A DNA stretch of 64,000 bases from Eledone cirrhosa (GCA_964016885.1 OZ024740.1:399652001-399716000); one strand, 5' to 3'. Shown: positions 25,192 through 40,126, counted from the first letter of the stretch. Made by a program: numbers and translations. The notes: generated by a model not told the origin, from the sequence alone.

Positions 25192-25447
25192 CAATTGAAA
25201 GGTAAAGCTGCTTTAGATTGCATGTATGTGATACAATGAACACATACACACCATAACTGATTATCAAAAAAACTAACCATATCTCATAATTACCATTTTC
25301 AACAATAAAATCCTTGAACTTCCATTTAATCCACTGTATATATATATATCAATATTTGCTAACAATTACAACTAGATTCTATATTATATGTATTTCTATG
25401 CTATGATTGCTACTTTAATACATTACATAGCCTGTCATTAATAAATA

Positions 25448-25755
25448 CTAGATGAAAGTGACTTTGTCTTCTCCCTCTTTCTGTCACCCCCCCCCTCTCT
25501 CTTTCCCTCTAAACAAATGATATTCCTTTTCTCTCTCTATCTATGTACATCTCTTTCACTTGGCGCTCCCCTTCTCTCTATATAGATGGGAGCGACGTAG
25601 TAACTTTCTGTCATCTCAAGAACACATGACATTCCCTTTTCTCTCTCTATCTATGTTTATATCTCTCGCTTGGCGCTGCCCCTCTCTATATAAAGTGAGC
25701 ATGACGGACAGCGGGACAGATGGACAGACAGACAGCACTCTTATTATAATATAGA
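25448..25755 (-). mobile_element. Short non-autonomous Helitron-like element
   Basis: The minus strand starts A|TCTATATTATAATAAGAGTGCTGTCTGTCTG and ends CTAG|T, the same terminal architecture as the array at 57551-61361. It has an internal ~110-bp imperfect duplication and no clear 3' hairpin. Confidence 0.55.
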
Positions 25756-28164
25756 TTACCAATAAGACTGGAAGTATAATCAGTTAGATTCAACTACTTT
25801 ACATATCAGGTAGGCACACGAGAGGTCATTGGTTCAATTCCACTGTGTGACTCCTTGGTGAGGTACCTTTTACCATGTGCCCCTCCAGGATGTGGGTGCT
25901 GAGGTTCTGGGCCTTGCTGACATGGGCAAAGTCTTGCAGCTTTTGGTTCCTTATGATCGCAACCATCTGCCTCTCTGTTCTCATCTCCTCAAAGACTGAT
26001 TCGTTTTCATGAAACATCCAGCTGATGCACAGTGCTCCCTAGTAACATGTCTCAAATGACATCAAAGACACTTTCCCAAGGTGTTACTTACAACCCCTTA
26101 ACTACACAACCATGTAGATTTTACCTAAAGATTACATTAAAGATACAAATTTCTGGAAAATTCTCAATTTCTTACACTATAATACAATGAGTAGTTAGTT
26201 CTGCTGGTCGAACAACTGGAAAACTTAACAACTAGAATACTGAGATTCACTTACCTATGATATACAAAGCTGCTGTTAGCCCTGTCCCTTTTCTTTTCCT
26301 ATTTATTACTTAATATGGTGGAGATATATGTTTAGTCCTGCTAGAGAAAACAACTTCTTGCTGTTTTTAAATGTGGGTTGGTGTTTAAATTCCAAGTATA
26401 GACAACTGGAACTTAAATACAGTAAGTAATGGGATATGTAGTGTACAAATAATTAGGTTAATAAACTGTGGAAGGTAATTATATTTAGTGAGTAAGGTTA
26501 GAATAATATTGGTCTTGTTTAAGAGGTTGGTATTGTTAGCAGTGAGTTGATTTAAAAGCTGTTAGATGTTGATACCTATAATTCCACAAAACTAGAAATG
26601 TAATGATGGTTCTCACAAGTTTATGAGGAACACGAAAAACATTTTCTAATACTTGAAGAGAAGACAAAAAAAAAAGAAAAAAAAAGACCAAACATGTCAG
26701 TGTTTTCATAAGAGAACTTTGATAGTGTAGTCTTGTGGTAGAGTTACTAAGTTAGAAGAGTAACAGTTACTGGGGCTTGTAATAATGGCTGGTAGCTTAG
26801 AAAACAAGTAAAATGTTGTTGCCACATGTGCCTAAAATAATCAAGGTAGCAAGAAATAAATGAGGAAGAGTATTACTACAGTATATAAAGCCCTCTATTG
26901 CTTAGGTAAATAATTCCATCTGCTTATATGTTCAGTCTCTGAACATTTTTATTTTTAAATATAGTTAAAATCAGAGTATATTCATTCATATAAATTTTAA
27001 ATATTTACTTGCCTTTAGAATTTTATATATGTACTTATATATATGTGCGCGTGTGTGTATGTGTGTATTTGTACATACAAGACTGTTCTGTAAAGAGATC
27101 AAATTCTATTTGCAAGGTTTTTGCCAGCCCAAGGCTATTGAAGTAGATACTTGCCTAGAGTGCAAAGCAGTAAGATTGAACTCAGAACTATGTGGTTGCA
27201 AAGCAAACATCATACCATATTAATTTCGATAAATTATTGATATCTTGAATTGGAACAAGGAAATACATTTGTTGGAAAGGGATACAATAACCTCTAGTAA
27301 ATAACCGACATTTTGGCACTTATATTATCAGAACCTTGGGTATGAAAAGTAACTCTGCTGGGATTTGAACATAGAGTATAAACAAGTGGAACTAAATTTA
27401 GTAAATTAGCTAATCTTTTAACCATTTCTGCTACTTCAGAATATTTGAAGGAATAAATTATTGATATTATGAAAGTGACCAAAAGCATTTGGACACTGCT
27501 GGGCATTGATAGTTAAGTTTTGTGAAAATGGGTAGAAATTTGGAATTAAGGGAAAAAAAGGTGCTGTGAGTAAATTCTTGTGATTTTATGAAAAGAACAT
27601 GATAGAAAAAGAAAGATGAAATAAGAAGTTGCTGTATGCTGAAAAGAAAAATACATGGAGGCTCTATGTATTGAATATTGATCGCATCATTGATAAGGAA
27701 ATATTTAAATTTGGATTTAATGAGGATTAACAAGGGAATCAATGGTTAATGTAATATCATTTCTGAGACAATGAGAATGCTTCTATGTAGTCCCCCAACT
27801 TGCTGAAAACAGCAGCCAAATCTTCCTCAAATTGTGAAAATGGATAAGAATACTGGATAACTCAATTTCGGATATAATATTCCACAAAATAAGACAGAAC
27901 TATGGATCTATGGATTATACCTAATTGTTTGGCAGCCTATATGCCTTGGGTCTAAACAACAACAATTCCATCCAGAACCATGGTATGAAGACCATAAGCA
28001 CATGAGTTGAAAGCTTGTCTGTTTGTTGATCTCTATAAGCATCTGTCACATGATAACTAACCAGAGTAGATTTACACCTATTTTCCAGTTAGGCAAGAGA
28101 AAAAGTATTCAAATCATATAGTAGAGGTTACATATAAGACGGTAATAATTTCAAGATGTAGCAC

Positions 28165-28430
28165 AATACTGCCACTCGGACACAAGTATCGAGGTCAGTG
28201 AGGAGAGATGTGTGGCTGTAGTAAGTAATGCTACGGAATGTGTAGAGGAGCTTCGGCATAGCAAAGAAGTTCCTCAACAGGAAGAAGGCTGGATGGGTGT
28301 CAATCATGCCTAGTCTACATGTAAGGGTCATGAGCTGCAGGAGCCTGGATCTAATAGTAGAGCGGATGGCCAGCGAAAGGATCGGCAACCTGAAGATGAG
28401 GACATCCTTATTCAGGGTCACCTGCACCAG
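28165..28430 (-). mobile_element. CRE-clade non-LTR retrotransposon fragment (RT C-terminal/thumb)
   Basis: RLGMIDTHPAFFLLRNFFAMPKLLYTFRS resembles the CRE-type L..L..H.A..LLR.C...PKL.Y.LR motif; GC-rich island. Confidence 0.65.
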
Positions 28431-28572
28431 GCAGGGAATGGATAATTATTTACTTGAAGCCAAGGATTCATTCTGTTGCTAGAATCCATGCATACAAACA
28501 AGAAAGTCTGAATAGTGAATCATCAGCTTCAAATGAATATATAAAACATGGTGTGTGCGTGCGCGCACATGC

Positions 28573-28615
<43 letters not shown>

Positions 28616-29803
28616 ATCGATTTTACATTCTCATTTCCATTCTGGTGTGGGTTGGGCAGGATGTTCCAAGACAAATGTTTTATAGCTGGATGCCTATCCT
28701 TTTAGTCACCTCTTGCAACTTGCAGGGATACAGTGTACCTATTCTAAAAATCACACAGAAACACATATATACCATATGTATCCTGCATTTGGAATAGGTA
28801 TGCTGTATCACTACAAGTTATAAAAGGGTTGGTGTTAGGAAGGGCACCCAGCAATAAAATATTGGCTCAAAATGTTCCTTGAAACCCATGCCAATATGGA
28901 AAATCAGACATAAAAACAATAATGATGATTTCCAGTTTGGAAGGGTGGAGCAAATAGTGTTAGATGCCTATATCCAAGAACACAAACAACTGAGAAAAAA
29001 ATATGAACTCAGAATATATGCTTTAAGATTTGGAAAACTTATTCATTTGACTATAATGCTTCTTCACAAAAGAATAGACCGGCCCAAGAAAAGTACATCA
29101 AGCCTGACCAGTTCACTAGAAGCTCAAGCTTCAATGAAGTTGTTTTCACTGTTTCTACTTTTGCTTTTATAACCATCAATGCTATGTACTAAAGGGGAAA
29201 AGAAAAAGATGAAATTTTATGATAGCCAGAAAGAAAATGAATCTATGAAAATATAAAAGTCAAACAACAAAAGGAAATATGAAATGATAGAGTAATGAAA
29301 CATAAAAACAGTAAATAAAGAACTGCTGGATTTTACGGTAAATGGATTCATGCAAGCAAAACGAAAGAAGTTGAATGAAAGTGGCGACAACATTTATGTT
29401 CGAGTTTGGCTGGTTGGTCACAAAAAAAACAAATGCCATATGAAGAATGATTAATGGCAAAAAGGAAAACATTCAGTGGTGCCAGTGAAATAGATAAAAG
29501 AATAAATCTATAAATAAAGAGAAAAACAGAAGGAAAGTGCAATGAAATGTGAGATTTAGAGCTGAGAATGAGCACTCTACAATAGATGGCATCAAAGATG
29601 ATGAGAAGAAAGTGCAAAAAGCATGGTTATAAGATGAATGAGCAGAAAATAGTCAAGGAGAAAAAGAATGGAAAATAACAACAATGATGACAACAACAAC
29701 AGCAGCAACTATAAACAATATAGTTGACAAACCAGGTGTACTTTTAAAGAATTGAGCTAATTTACAGCAATTGAGTTAGTCACTGAAGAGATAGAGAGAA
29801 AGA

Positions 29804-29850
<47 letters not shown>

Positions 29851-30000
29851 TGAGTAATAGAGAATGATGGACAACAAAGATAGAGAATTTATTCAAATAT
29901 AGTAAAATATAGTAAGTTTCCAAGACAAGCTAGAACACACAGGCAGCTGTTGCTTTGAGACAAATGAGGAGAGAAAGAGTGTGGAGTGGGAGCAGCTTAC

Positions 30001-30141
30001 TTTGTCAAATTTTGATTTGTCATACTTTCGGTTACTTAATTTCAGCAGGTCACTCTCTGACTGCAGTTTGTTCAGGTGTTTGGCTTGGTCCTTAACACTT
30101 CTGATGCCAGATGGAGAATCAGTCATGTCCTTTTCAGATGC
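30001..30141 (-). CDS. SOWAH: SOWAH-family exon 4 (ASEKDMTDSPSGIRSVKDQAKHLNKLQSESDLLKLSNRKYDKSKFDK)
   Basis: TTTTGCAG acceptor and AAA|GTAAGC donor; 141 nt, phase 0-0, open frame with protein-like composition. Confidence 0.8.
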
Positions 30142-30439
30142 CTGCAAAACATCACACTAACAAAATAAGGGAATCACAAACACAAGCAATCAAAGATGCA
30201 TTTCACTTTGGAAGGATGACAGATTGAACAGGCAGATTTTGGCAATATTTTCAGTCCTAGCAGATGTATGGAATGAAAAGGAAAAAAAGGAAGGAGTGAA
30301 AGTGAGACAGGAGAGTGAGAGGAGTAAAGGTGCATAACATAATTTTTGTTTTTTCTTTTTTTCACACTGTACAATCAACTTAAAATGGATTGTAGTAAGA
30401 ACATACACAGGTCAGAAATAAAACTACATTAGTATAAAC

Positions 30440-30771
30440 ATCATCATCATTTTACGTCCGCTTTTCCCTGCTTGCAAGGGTGGGACGAGACCTGATTCTC
30501 ACTTGATTTCTACAGCTGGATGCCCTTCTTAACACCAACCTCATTTACAGTGAGTGCTGGGTGCTTCTTTTCCGTGGCACCTCCACGACCACTTTACAGT
30601 GGAATGATATGGACCCCAGTCCCTATCATCTCATTTCTACAGCTGAGTAAACTGGAGCAATGTGAAATAAAGTGTCTTGCTCAAGGAAACAACACATCAC
30701 CTGGTCTGAGAATTGAACTCACAACCTTTCGATTGCAAGGCCAATGCTCTAACCACTAAGCCATGTGCCTC
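30440..30771 (-). mobile_element. CORE-type tRNA SINE head joined to an RTE-type 3' tail
   Basis: Minus strand: TGGCTTAGTGG (A box), GAGTTCAATTC (B box) and CCTTGAGCAAGACACTT (CORE-like), then GGTGTTAAGAAGGGCATCCAGCTGTAGAAA and GGACGTAAAA(TGA)n. Confidence 0.65.
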
Positions 30772-31724
30772 CATCACAAACACTTACATCAAAAAAGAAT
30801 ATGTTAATATACATAGTTAAATTAAACCAGAATTTACCATATTAACTCTTTTGATACCAAACTGTTTGAAACTGCCCAAAGCTGTTTAATTTGAACTGTT
30901 TATATTTATTTAAAAAAAAAAAACTTTCCATCATAACTGGTTCTATGACACAAAGCTATTTATTTTAAATTGTATATATCTATCTAAAAACTTTCCACCA
31001 TAATTTTATGTAAGATCCTTTATGTTCTGGACACAAGCTTAATAATGAGAAAGTTAGTTATATTACTAAACTTTCCAAATTCTTGATGATTTGAAAAATT
31101 ATAGGCAATGTCTTTCAATAGAAATATACTAATGAAAGTATGAATACATACAGCTATGTGAAATCAGAAGGTTCCATGTATGTATATATGCATCCAGACA
31201 TCATCATCATTAATAATTTATGTCCATTTTTCTATGTTTGTATGGGTTACACATACATAGAGACAAACATTTATTGTAAAATGTATTGTAAGAGCAGGTT
31301 TTTGAACTTATTTATGTAAAATCCTCAAAAAGATCACATAAGAACTAGGTTAGCTAAGAAAGATATTTTTTTATAATAATCTCTTTATAGACCATGGATG
31401 GAAGGTAAACAACCCTAAAAATAATTTCTTTTTTATTAAGTGCAAGGATTTGTTTGTAATTATGGATTATATATACATATGTATATATATATATATATAT
31501 ATAAATAACAATTACAATGGCATAAATCAATTAAAACTGAACTTCTTGAAAAAAAAAAAAGAAAAAATATTATATATTATTCAAACACTAAACAATAAAA
31601 GCTGGAAACAGAAAAGTAATTTTATTACAAAAATTAAAAAACTAATGATGTTCACATGCTGCATTAAATATACAAACTTAAACATTCTGAAAAGGATGAT
31701 GGAAAAGATAAGATTCAAACTTAC

Positions 31725-32072
31725 TGTTGAGGTGATTGATGATGTTGAAGGGGTATTGTTGTTCTCTCTAAGATCTGGAGCGCTACTGTTTTGTAAATTA
31801 TTTTCACTTTGGCTCTTGAAAAAGGCTTCATCAGTTTCCATTTGAGGTTCTTGGATGATCACTTCAACACTAGGTGGTTGCTGCATGCTAGGTGGTTCAG
31901 ATTTAGCTCGCTGGCTCTGTCGCAAAGCATTGTCAGTATTGTCAGCTTCATTTGATGTTGCTGAAAATGCATGTGTTTCTGTAGTGGCTTGGGGTTCGAA
32001 AAGAGAGCTACTACTTCCAAGATGCTGGTTTGAACGGTATTTCTTTTTAAGATGGAGATACTTATTTCCATT
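31725..32072 (-). CDS. SOWAH: SOWAH-family exon 3 (NGNKYLHLKKKYRSNQ...STSSITST)
   Basis: TTCTTCAG acceptor and ACA|GTAAGT donor; 348 nt, phase 0-0. G.KY..L.K completes the N-terminal domain, followed by a Ser/Pro/Gln-rich linker. Confidence 0.88.
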
Positions 32073-33368
32073 CTGAAGAAACAAAAACGAAGTAAATAAT
32101 TAGGAGTAATAAACCATTTTATCATGATTAGACTCTGCTGTTGTTAGTAATTCAATGATTTACATGAATTTGAAATAGTAGTTACTGTGACATAGTTCAC
32201 ATCCTTATGTCTTAGGATTTGAGATGCTCATGCCATTCGCAAGAGTATTTATGATGTGAATGAAATACCTTAGTCAAGGACTAAAATCATGTTGCAGTAT
32301 CAGAAAGTTGAGAGTGAAACTTTCAGTCAACAGCCCTTGAAATATAGTGTAACATGTCATCACAGTTAAAGTCAGTACTGAATTGGAGCCATTCATTTCT
32401 CAGGTGGGTCAGAGGGCTGCATCTTGCTTACATATGTTCCTGTACTCTATATAATGCAACTTACATGTTATCATGGAACCAGTACCACAGAGGATGTCAT
32501 ATCTTTGATACAATTGAAAAGGCCACTCAATCATTTGTTTGGCAAGTTTTCTATGACAGAATGCCATTGCTATCACCAACCACTTTACAGAGTGTTGTGG
32601 GTATGTTTTACAGCGTTACCCATTCTAAAGAGGTTGTCGTGCCCTTGACAACACCACTGAAGAGTCCCCTGATTTTTTTTTACTTCTTATCAACCATCTT
32701 ACAAGGTGCACTGGGTACGTTTTTCCTAACACCAGCACTAGAGAGGCTATTAGTCATTGTCTTGACTGAAGAGTATACTCCTCCCAGGTCCTCAGCAGTC
32801 AAGGTTCATATCTTACTGCTGTGTGTATGTGTAGGTGTGTGTGGGTATATATATATATATATATACCCACACACACCTACACACATATATATATATATAT
32901 ATAGATAGATAAATGGTGATGATGATATATATATATAATATGCAATAAGGCTAACAGAGATAACAAAGCAAATGACACAGTAGAATGAAGAAATTTATTA
33001 TTAGTTTTACACTTGATATAGTTGGAAAACGCACATACACAATGGTCTTTGGTACAGTCTGTCTACCAAATTTCACTCACAAGGCATTGATCAACCTCAA
33101 GCTATAATAGAAGACATGTGCCCAAGGTTGTAATATTTGTTTATGTTTCAGAGATCTCACTGTTCAGCAGTTAGGCATGTGAAGATCGGCCACACAATTC
33201 TGCTTCAGAATATCTCATGAAACCCATGCCAGTATAGACAAATAGACATAAAACTGATGACAGTGATGATGATAAATACTTTAAATGGCACCAATATATT
33301 TATGCTTAAAGTTGTAATTTATTCCAATAGTTCAATATACAATATTCATAGTACTTTTGAAAGAAATT

Positions 33369-33553
33369 AATTGTTTCTACTTTAGGCACAAGGCCAGCAA
33401 TTATCCAGTGCATTACTGGTACTTCATTTTATCGACCCCATAAGGATGAAAGGCAAAGTGAACCTCGGCGGGATTTGAACTCAGATCGTAAAGGGACGTA
33501 ACTATGCTGGAAAGCATGGCGTCCGACCCTCTACTGATACTGCCAATCCACCG
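33369..33553 (-). mobile_element. Young tRNA SINE
   Basis: Near-identical to 2699-2880; flanking duplication GAAATTAAT. Confidence 0.9.
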
Positions 33554-33910
33554 AAATTAATATTCTGTTGTGACATCATGTGAAGTTATAAAAACAATAT
33601 CAGATTATTGATTTTGTTGGGACTGAATCACAAATTGTTGTTTAACATCAAGTGATCCTTAGTCATGCAGACCTATGATCAATGCCATCCTAGCCATGAC
33701 CTTCCTATTTTTTTCTTAGGCACAGAATCTGAAACTCATTCAGAATCTCATTCATTTTGAAGATAGTCAGCTGTATTTGGAGGAAAATTTGGCTACTATT
33801 TCTATGTTGAGTCTTCTGCATTACCCAGGGAGATGGTTATATTTTAAAGAAAAGAAACCCATATATATTCTCTCCCTGGCATGTATTCTTAGCAACATGT
33901 CTTGCTTAGT

Positions 33911-34117
33911 TTAACCCTTTAGCATTTACATTATTCTATATTTACTATTGTATTTTCACAGTAAAGGCTCTGTCTCACATAATGTCAAATCTATGAAATG
34001 TTGATATTATTTATTTTGAGAACAATACCTTAACATCAGTATGAGTGGCCAGTTATGAATAGAAAGGGGTGAGACAATTCTGACCAGATATGGCCGGTTT
34101 AAATGCTAAAGAGTTAA
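33911..34117. mobile_element. TTAA-flanked MITE
   Basis: TTAACCCTTTAGCATTT ... AAATGCTAAAGAGTTAA, imperfect terminal inverted repeats. Confidence 0.8.
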
Positions 34118-34269
34118 AATGTAAACCTGTATTTGCCATTCATTCCTAGATCATAATACTATAATGTATTTGTCAAACAATCCTACATTATATTCAATCT
34201 TTATGCAGCCATCTCATGCCTACCAGGACAGGTTATAGGCCCATTGCTAGTTTTTATGGCATGAATATT

Positions 34270-34690
34270 GGGTAATAACCAAAAGAATACGATCGTGAAT
34301 ACAAGCAGCCGAAATAGGGTTCCTCTGATGGGTCTCTGGAGTAATGTTACTTGATAGAGTTCATAGCTCAGAGATCAGAGAGTAGCTCCAGACAGAACCA
34401 CTAGTTCTCTAAATTAAGATATCACACCTCTGATATTACGGGTATGTCATTAGAATGTCTTAAGAAAGAGTTGCTGGACAGATCTTATGGGCAAAACCAC
34501 TGGCAGGAGACCCTGGTGTAGACCCCAAGCAAGATGGTTGGATAACATCTATGAGTTCAGTTGATGATCCAGCTGTATCGATTGGAAATGGTTGCTTCTG
34601 ACAAGACTTGCTTGACGGAGAGTTTGAGGGCTCTGCTTCCAAGAATAAGTGGATGAAGAAGATGAAGAAGAAGACAAAAACGAAGATGAA
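34270..34690 (+). mobile_element. Old RTE-like LINE 3' fragment
   Basis: IQAAEIGFL, YYGYVIRMS and GRRPWCRPQARWLDNI; (GAA/GAT)-rich tail. Confidence 0.7.
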
Positions 34691-35531
34691 GAAAAATAAG
34701 ATTTTACATATTTTGAAGTTTCAAATGACCCCCATCTCCTCCACACACACACATACAAAACCTGAATGGCATTGTTACTCGAGAAGTACAATCATCTAAA
34801 AATTCTTTGTATACTGGAATTCTATTATTGCTAAAAAAAAAGTATTAAAAAAAGCTGACAAAAAACCCTGTCAACCTCCAGGGATGAATGCACAAGTTTC
34901 ATGTGATAATACATAAAGAGTTTTACTAGAAGGAATATTATAATCTGATACACTAAAAATTGGCATGCACATATCAGAACTTAAAAGTTATATATATACA
35001 CTTAAGATAAATTGATTATGCTAAAGTAGAAAAAAAGAAAAAAGAAAAGTGAAAAGAATGAAACAGACTCATATCTTATGCACAACATTTATTACTGAAT
35101 ATGCAAAAATAAAACTTTCTTTCTAAATTTTGGAATCATTGAAGTTAACCTATAAATAATTCTTCTTCATAAAGTTTATATTTCATACTCGTTTTTAGGT
35201 TTTGAATTATTTGAAAAGAAAAAGGAAAAGAAAAAGAAAATATCAAGAAGATTTTAACAATGACTGAGGTTAAATATTTTATGTTGAGATCACATTTAAG
35301 TTAGAGATTCAAAATATGAGAGTTCACAAAATCTCACTCTTAGAGTAGTGAAAAACGAGTTCAATCACATTTTAAATACTATGAAACAAACAATAGTGTT
35401 ATATTTATTGCGTTGGCAAAAAGCCTATGATTCTACATGAAACTTTAAATCTTGCTGAGCGGTAAAAATCAAGCTAAAATACTATCTCCTTCTAACAAGT
35501 TTGGCAAAAAACATATTCTTCTGGACATCAC

Positions 35532-35582
<51 letters not shown>

Positions 35583-37750
35583 ACAGGTATAGTGTCAAAG
35601 TCAGTTATGTTGGCAAAGAAGAGAGAGACTGACAGGTAATCTAATTACCATTAAACACAAACTAAAAGCTTTGTTACTGTAGGAAATTTTAAGAATGTAG
35701 GACTATCAACAGTAAGTTTGCATTAGATTCACAAACTGTATATTGCAACATGAAAAGTCATTTCATCAAGATTGTAAATACTTCTCCCCAGTATGATCTG
35801 GAGTTATTTTGAGGATAAAACTACAATGTAAATTAACAGCACAAGAATGATGCACCTACTTATTCTAGCCCTTCACCCCTCCTGTAACACAAGCCCCTAG
35901 CATTATTCCTCCACTCGTCCCTCTCCAGGGCCTTCATCTTCAATTAACTCAAGCTCTATCTAGATCATTTTACTTTGTTCTCCAGGTCATTTTGCCAGGA
36001 TTTTTCTTTCTGATGTCCAGTGCTATTGCGTGACATTGTGCTGAGGCCTTCTGAGGTTGTGTCTAATTAAGTGCCTCTTTTCCACTTGATCTTTGTGTCA
36101 AAGAGGGTTTGCTGGGTTTGGTCCCACAAGGTTATCCTCCTAAGGTAGTGGTTGATGAAAGTCTGAAACCTCTTTAAGGTGGCTTTCATCTATCTTCATA
36201 ACATCTCAGTCCTATAGAATAGGATTGCTTTCAGGTTTAAATTGAAGATGTACATCTTAGTGTTTCTGAAGAAGAGTCTCAACTTCCAGATGTTACTCAG
36301 CAGTGCTGATCTCCTGCATATTACTCTATTGCTCAGATATGCAAACCTTACTGTTTCCTCAAGTGGGTTGTCCACAATGTGTACTGGTTCTTCAGTAGTA
36401 GTATTGAGTCTTATAACCTTGGTCTTGTCTCACTGAACTTTCAGGCTAACTTGTGTAAATATATATCTTATTGAGAGTGGTAGTCTTCTTCTGTATCTGA
36501 TGTAGGCTGTGAGACAACAGTATAAGATCATTACCATAATCAAGGTTCTGAAGCAGGTTCCATATTGTTCACTGTATTCTGGTCTTCATGTGTGAAGTGC
36601 TGTTTTTCATTGAGCAATCATGCACAAAATAGAGGGGATAAAAGATAGCCTTGGCAGACGCCGGTTTTCACTGTGAAATCTTTTGCCAAGCTTCCATCAT
36701 GAAGAACTTTGTAGAACATAGGACACTCCTCTTGATCCAGCCTCCAACACTACTATAACAACCTCCTAACTTCACCATTGTAAGCATTATGACCAGTGAC
36801 ACTGGAATCACAACTATTCTAATACATAGCATTAATGTCTAATCAAATATTTGCAGCTGTGAATGTCAATGTACTTTAGCAGATAAATTATATGAACTAT
36901 GTATAATAACTTCAGAATGTTGCATTGTCTACTAGTTGAATCTGATGAAAAATTTCTTAGACTTGGCCTTTATCAGCCCAACCTTCCTCTCAGGAGAGTT
37001 TGCCAAACAACTTAAACTATTTATGAATCTAAAACATACTTAAACAATGACCTACAACTGCATAGACTTAGAAAACTATTCAACTCTATGTTGCTTGGTA
37101 GTTAGACTTGAAAAAGAAAGCATTGTACTTTTGGATAGTGTAACACAGTTCTTCAGTTTCCCTTTTTAACACTACCAACTATTAGCTTATCACATTCACT
37201 TCTAGCATTTTAAAGGTTGAGTCAATGTGACAGCATGTACATGGTTATGTGACTTATTAGAAATAACAGCCAAATTTCTTCAAATCATACCCTACTGTTT
37301 TATAAAAGGAAATACATTGTACAATGTAATAGCTGACATGACTTTGACCATGTATCTGCTTAATCAGAGTTCAAGTGAAGCAAAACAACATCTCAAAGGA
37401 ATTAACCTCCATTTTCATCAATGCCAGCCAGCAGACAAATTTCCTTTAAATCACATAAACCCTTTCATGTTGAAAGGAGAACATATTTGATAACATAGTC
37501 CTAAATAAACTATGCATAAAAAACAAAAACAAAACAAGATTGCTACAAGTGGAATTCTATTGATCATAGATCTGCTCAACCAGAGCTGAGCTTTGGTTGA
37601 ATCTCATAAAGGAGATGACAAAGGAAAGAGCTCAGTGGAGGGACTCTGTACTGGATGAGACTCATCTTATCCATATAAGCATGAAAAAAATGTGTGCCAC
37701 TATTGTCTTGATGAGGATAATGATTATTAATCTACTCACTTTAATTTCTA

Positions 37751-37937
37751 ATAATTGTTTCTACTTTTGGCACAAGGCCAGCAATTATCCCAGTGCATTA
37801 CTGGTACTTTATTTTATCAACCCCGTGAGGATGAAAGGCAAAGTTAACCTCTGCGGGATTTGAACCCAGACTGTAAAGAGCCGTAACTCTGTGCTACAAA
37901 GCATGGCGTCTGACCCTCTACCACTACTGCCAATCCA
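37751..37937 (-). mobile_element. tRNA SINE
   Basis: Homologous to 2699-2880. Confidence 0.88.
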
Positions 37938-39588
37938 ATGCACACTTCTGTGAAAGTAATATGAATTTTTCCTGCACCTAAACATTCAATAAACAGATGT
38001 TATCCTCTAGCAATTTAAACACATCATATGAGTCTTGCACCATCTCTATGAATAACAACTTTAAAAATCTCCTTCAAGGGAGACATGACTACTTAGTTTT
38101 CTTATATCACTATAACAAGGAAACAATCTTGCGCTTTATTCTCTCCACATATGAACAACATAATTGAAATGATCAAAATTGCAACAAATGCTAAGTTTCA
38201 CACTCCTTGATTATTTCTTCTTGAATAGCTACAAGTTCTTATATGAAGAGAGAGAATTCCATAGAGATTGGGAAAAGTAGTTAGTGTGGGTCTTAGGTTA
38301 GGGAGAAGTGGGGGGGGGGGGCGCTTACATATAAAACATGATGTAATTTTAGAGAAATTTGGCAGCAAGTCAACCTATTATGTAGAGACTTAAAAACATC
38401 CCTAATGAGATGATAAGGTTGTGACACATGAGATTACTTGTGGGTTTCAGGTTTATAGTCCATTAATCATACAGGAGATTTCTTTATAGATATACTCTAG
38501 TATAATCTTGGTAGTGCACCCTATCTTATGGTTTACTGATCAAAAAAGGTTGCTTATGCCTGTTCTAATAAATTATGGCCTGCCAAGTGGAGCAGACATG
38601 TAGCAAACAGAGATTTTACAAATGAGAATGGTTAAAGTACTTCTTTAAATTCTATATTTGTAGGTTTTGCATAGATAATATGCAAGTACTTTTATTAACT
38701 GATAAATTATGTCATTAACTATTACTTATTAATATAAACCAGTGTCTTTCAAATTTATTTTGTCACAAAACCATTAAATACTTTTCAAAATATATTGCAG
38801 AACTTACATCTATATTTTATAGAAAATTCTCCCTAACCTAATTTTAATAAGACCTTAAATGAAACAAAAAACTGTTTTGAAGAGAGAATTTATTCATAAA
38901 AAAATATATATTTGCAATATACTTTTATGAAATGTTATTAAAATCCGAGGATTTTCTGTGGAATCCATTTTTGGACATACTTATATAGACAAAAGAGACA
39001 ATACCTAGTGAAACTGGTAGAGCAGTGAACAAAGAACAAACATTTTAAAACCATTTCCTCCATAACAGGAATGGTTAGCCTTGCAGGCCTTGAGTCTTTT
39101 CCATTTTGCTTTATCTTCTACATCCCAACTCACCTTCATTTTCTCCTCCATCAACTATAACCATGTTTTTCTCTTCATTTTCATCTATTTCCTTCCTTTC
39201 ATATTTATTTCTATCACTCTTCTCACCCAGTTACTTAAATCCTTCTTTAGCATATGGCTCAATAATCTCATCTCATTTCTCTTCACAACATCCATCAATG
39301 TCTTTATTCCTATTATCTACTGCAATTCCTAGCTTGTCTTCTTTCCCATCAGTAATATTCCACTCTCAACACTCAGTTATGACCTTTTATGTTCTGAGTT
39401 TGAATCCCAATGATGTAGGTTTCGCATTCATCACTCGGGGAGGTGGGGAGCAATAAATTCAACACAAGTCAAATACTAGGGTCAATATGATGACTATAAC
39501 CCTCCCCCAACTTGTGGGGCCTTGTGTTTATCTTAAAAATCAATAATAAAGAGAAAAAAAGTTGTGGCGGTTATTATGATGCTGGTGA

Positions 39589-39719
39589 ACGTCCCTTTAC
39601 GATCTGAGTTCAAATCCCGCTGAGGTTGACTTTGCCTTTCATCCTTACGGGGTCGATAAAATAAAGTACCCGTAATGCACTGGGTAATTGCTGGCCTTGT
39701 GCCTAAAGTAGAAACAATT
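39589..39719 (+). mobile_element. 5'-truncated young tRNA SINE with TSD
   Basis: B box and central domain present; flanking duplication ATTATGATGCTGGTGA. Confidence 0.9.
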
Positions 39720-40064
39720 ATGATGCTGGTGAGATTCTCACAAGCAAATGGAGGAAGCTTCTATGTGGTTGTATGACATGCTAGAAACAGAAATATTAAA
39801 AGGAGGAACATATGTGGCTGAACAAAAACTCAAACAAGGGAGTCTCGGTGTGGTTTACTTGACCGGCTAGAAATAGCAATCAAATATCTTGCAAATCATA
39901 GCCTACCATTGTTAATAAAAAAGGAAGGGCATACTGGATAATGTGGTCTGAGATAAACTGTCTTAAAAGACAAGATGATAATGGCTGGAGTGTTTCTAAT
40001 CATAACTCTGCTTGAACTGGGCTGATCTGGAGTAAAACAAATAAAGAAACAAATAAGCACTCAC

Positions 40065-40126
40065 CTTATCTTCTTTAACAAATGACACAGTATTTACAAT
40101 CTCCTTGAATTTTTCACGGTTCTTTG
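40065..40126 (-). CDS. SOWAH: SOWAH-family exon 2 ((A)KNREKFKEIVNTVSFVKEDK)
   Basis: Pyrimidine tract with TTTCAG acceptor and AAG|GTGAGT donor; 62 nt, phase 1 to 0. Matches the SOWAH motif R..FK..VN.VA.VK. Absent from the ORF track. Confidence 0.88.

Noticed and set aside
32354-32908. 184-aa ORF
   Set aside because: Made of degenerate repeat tails and TA/CA microsatellites, antisense within an intron, with no domain motifs.
35860-36720. Old LINE remnants (also about 40360-41720 and 45460-46200)
   Set aside because: Probably decayed retroelements, but too degraded to assign a family or boundaries by eye.
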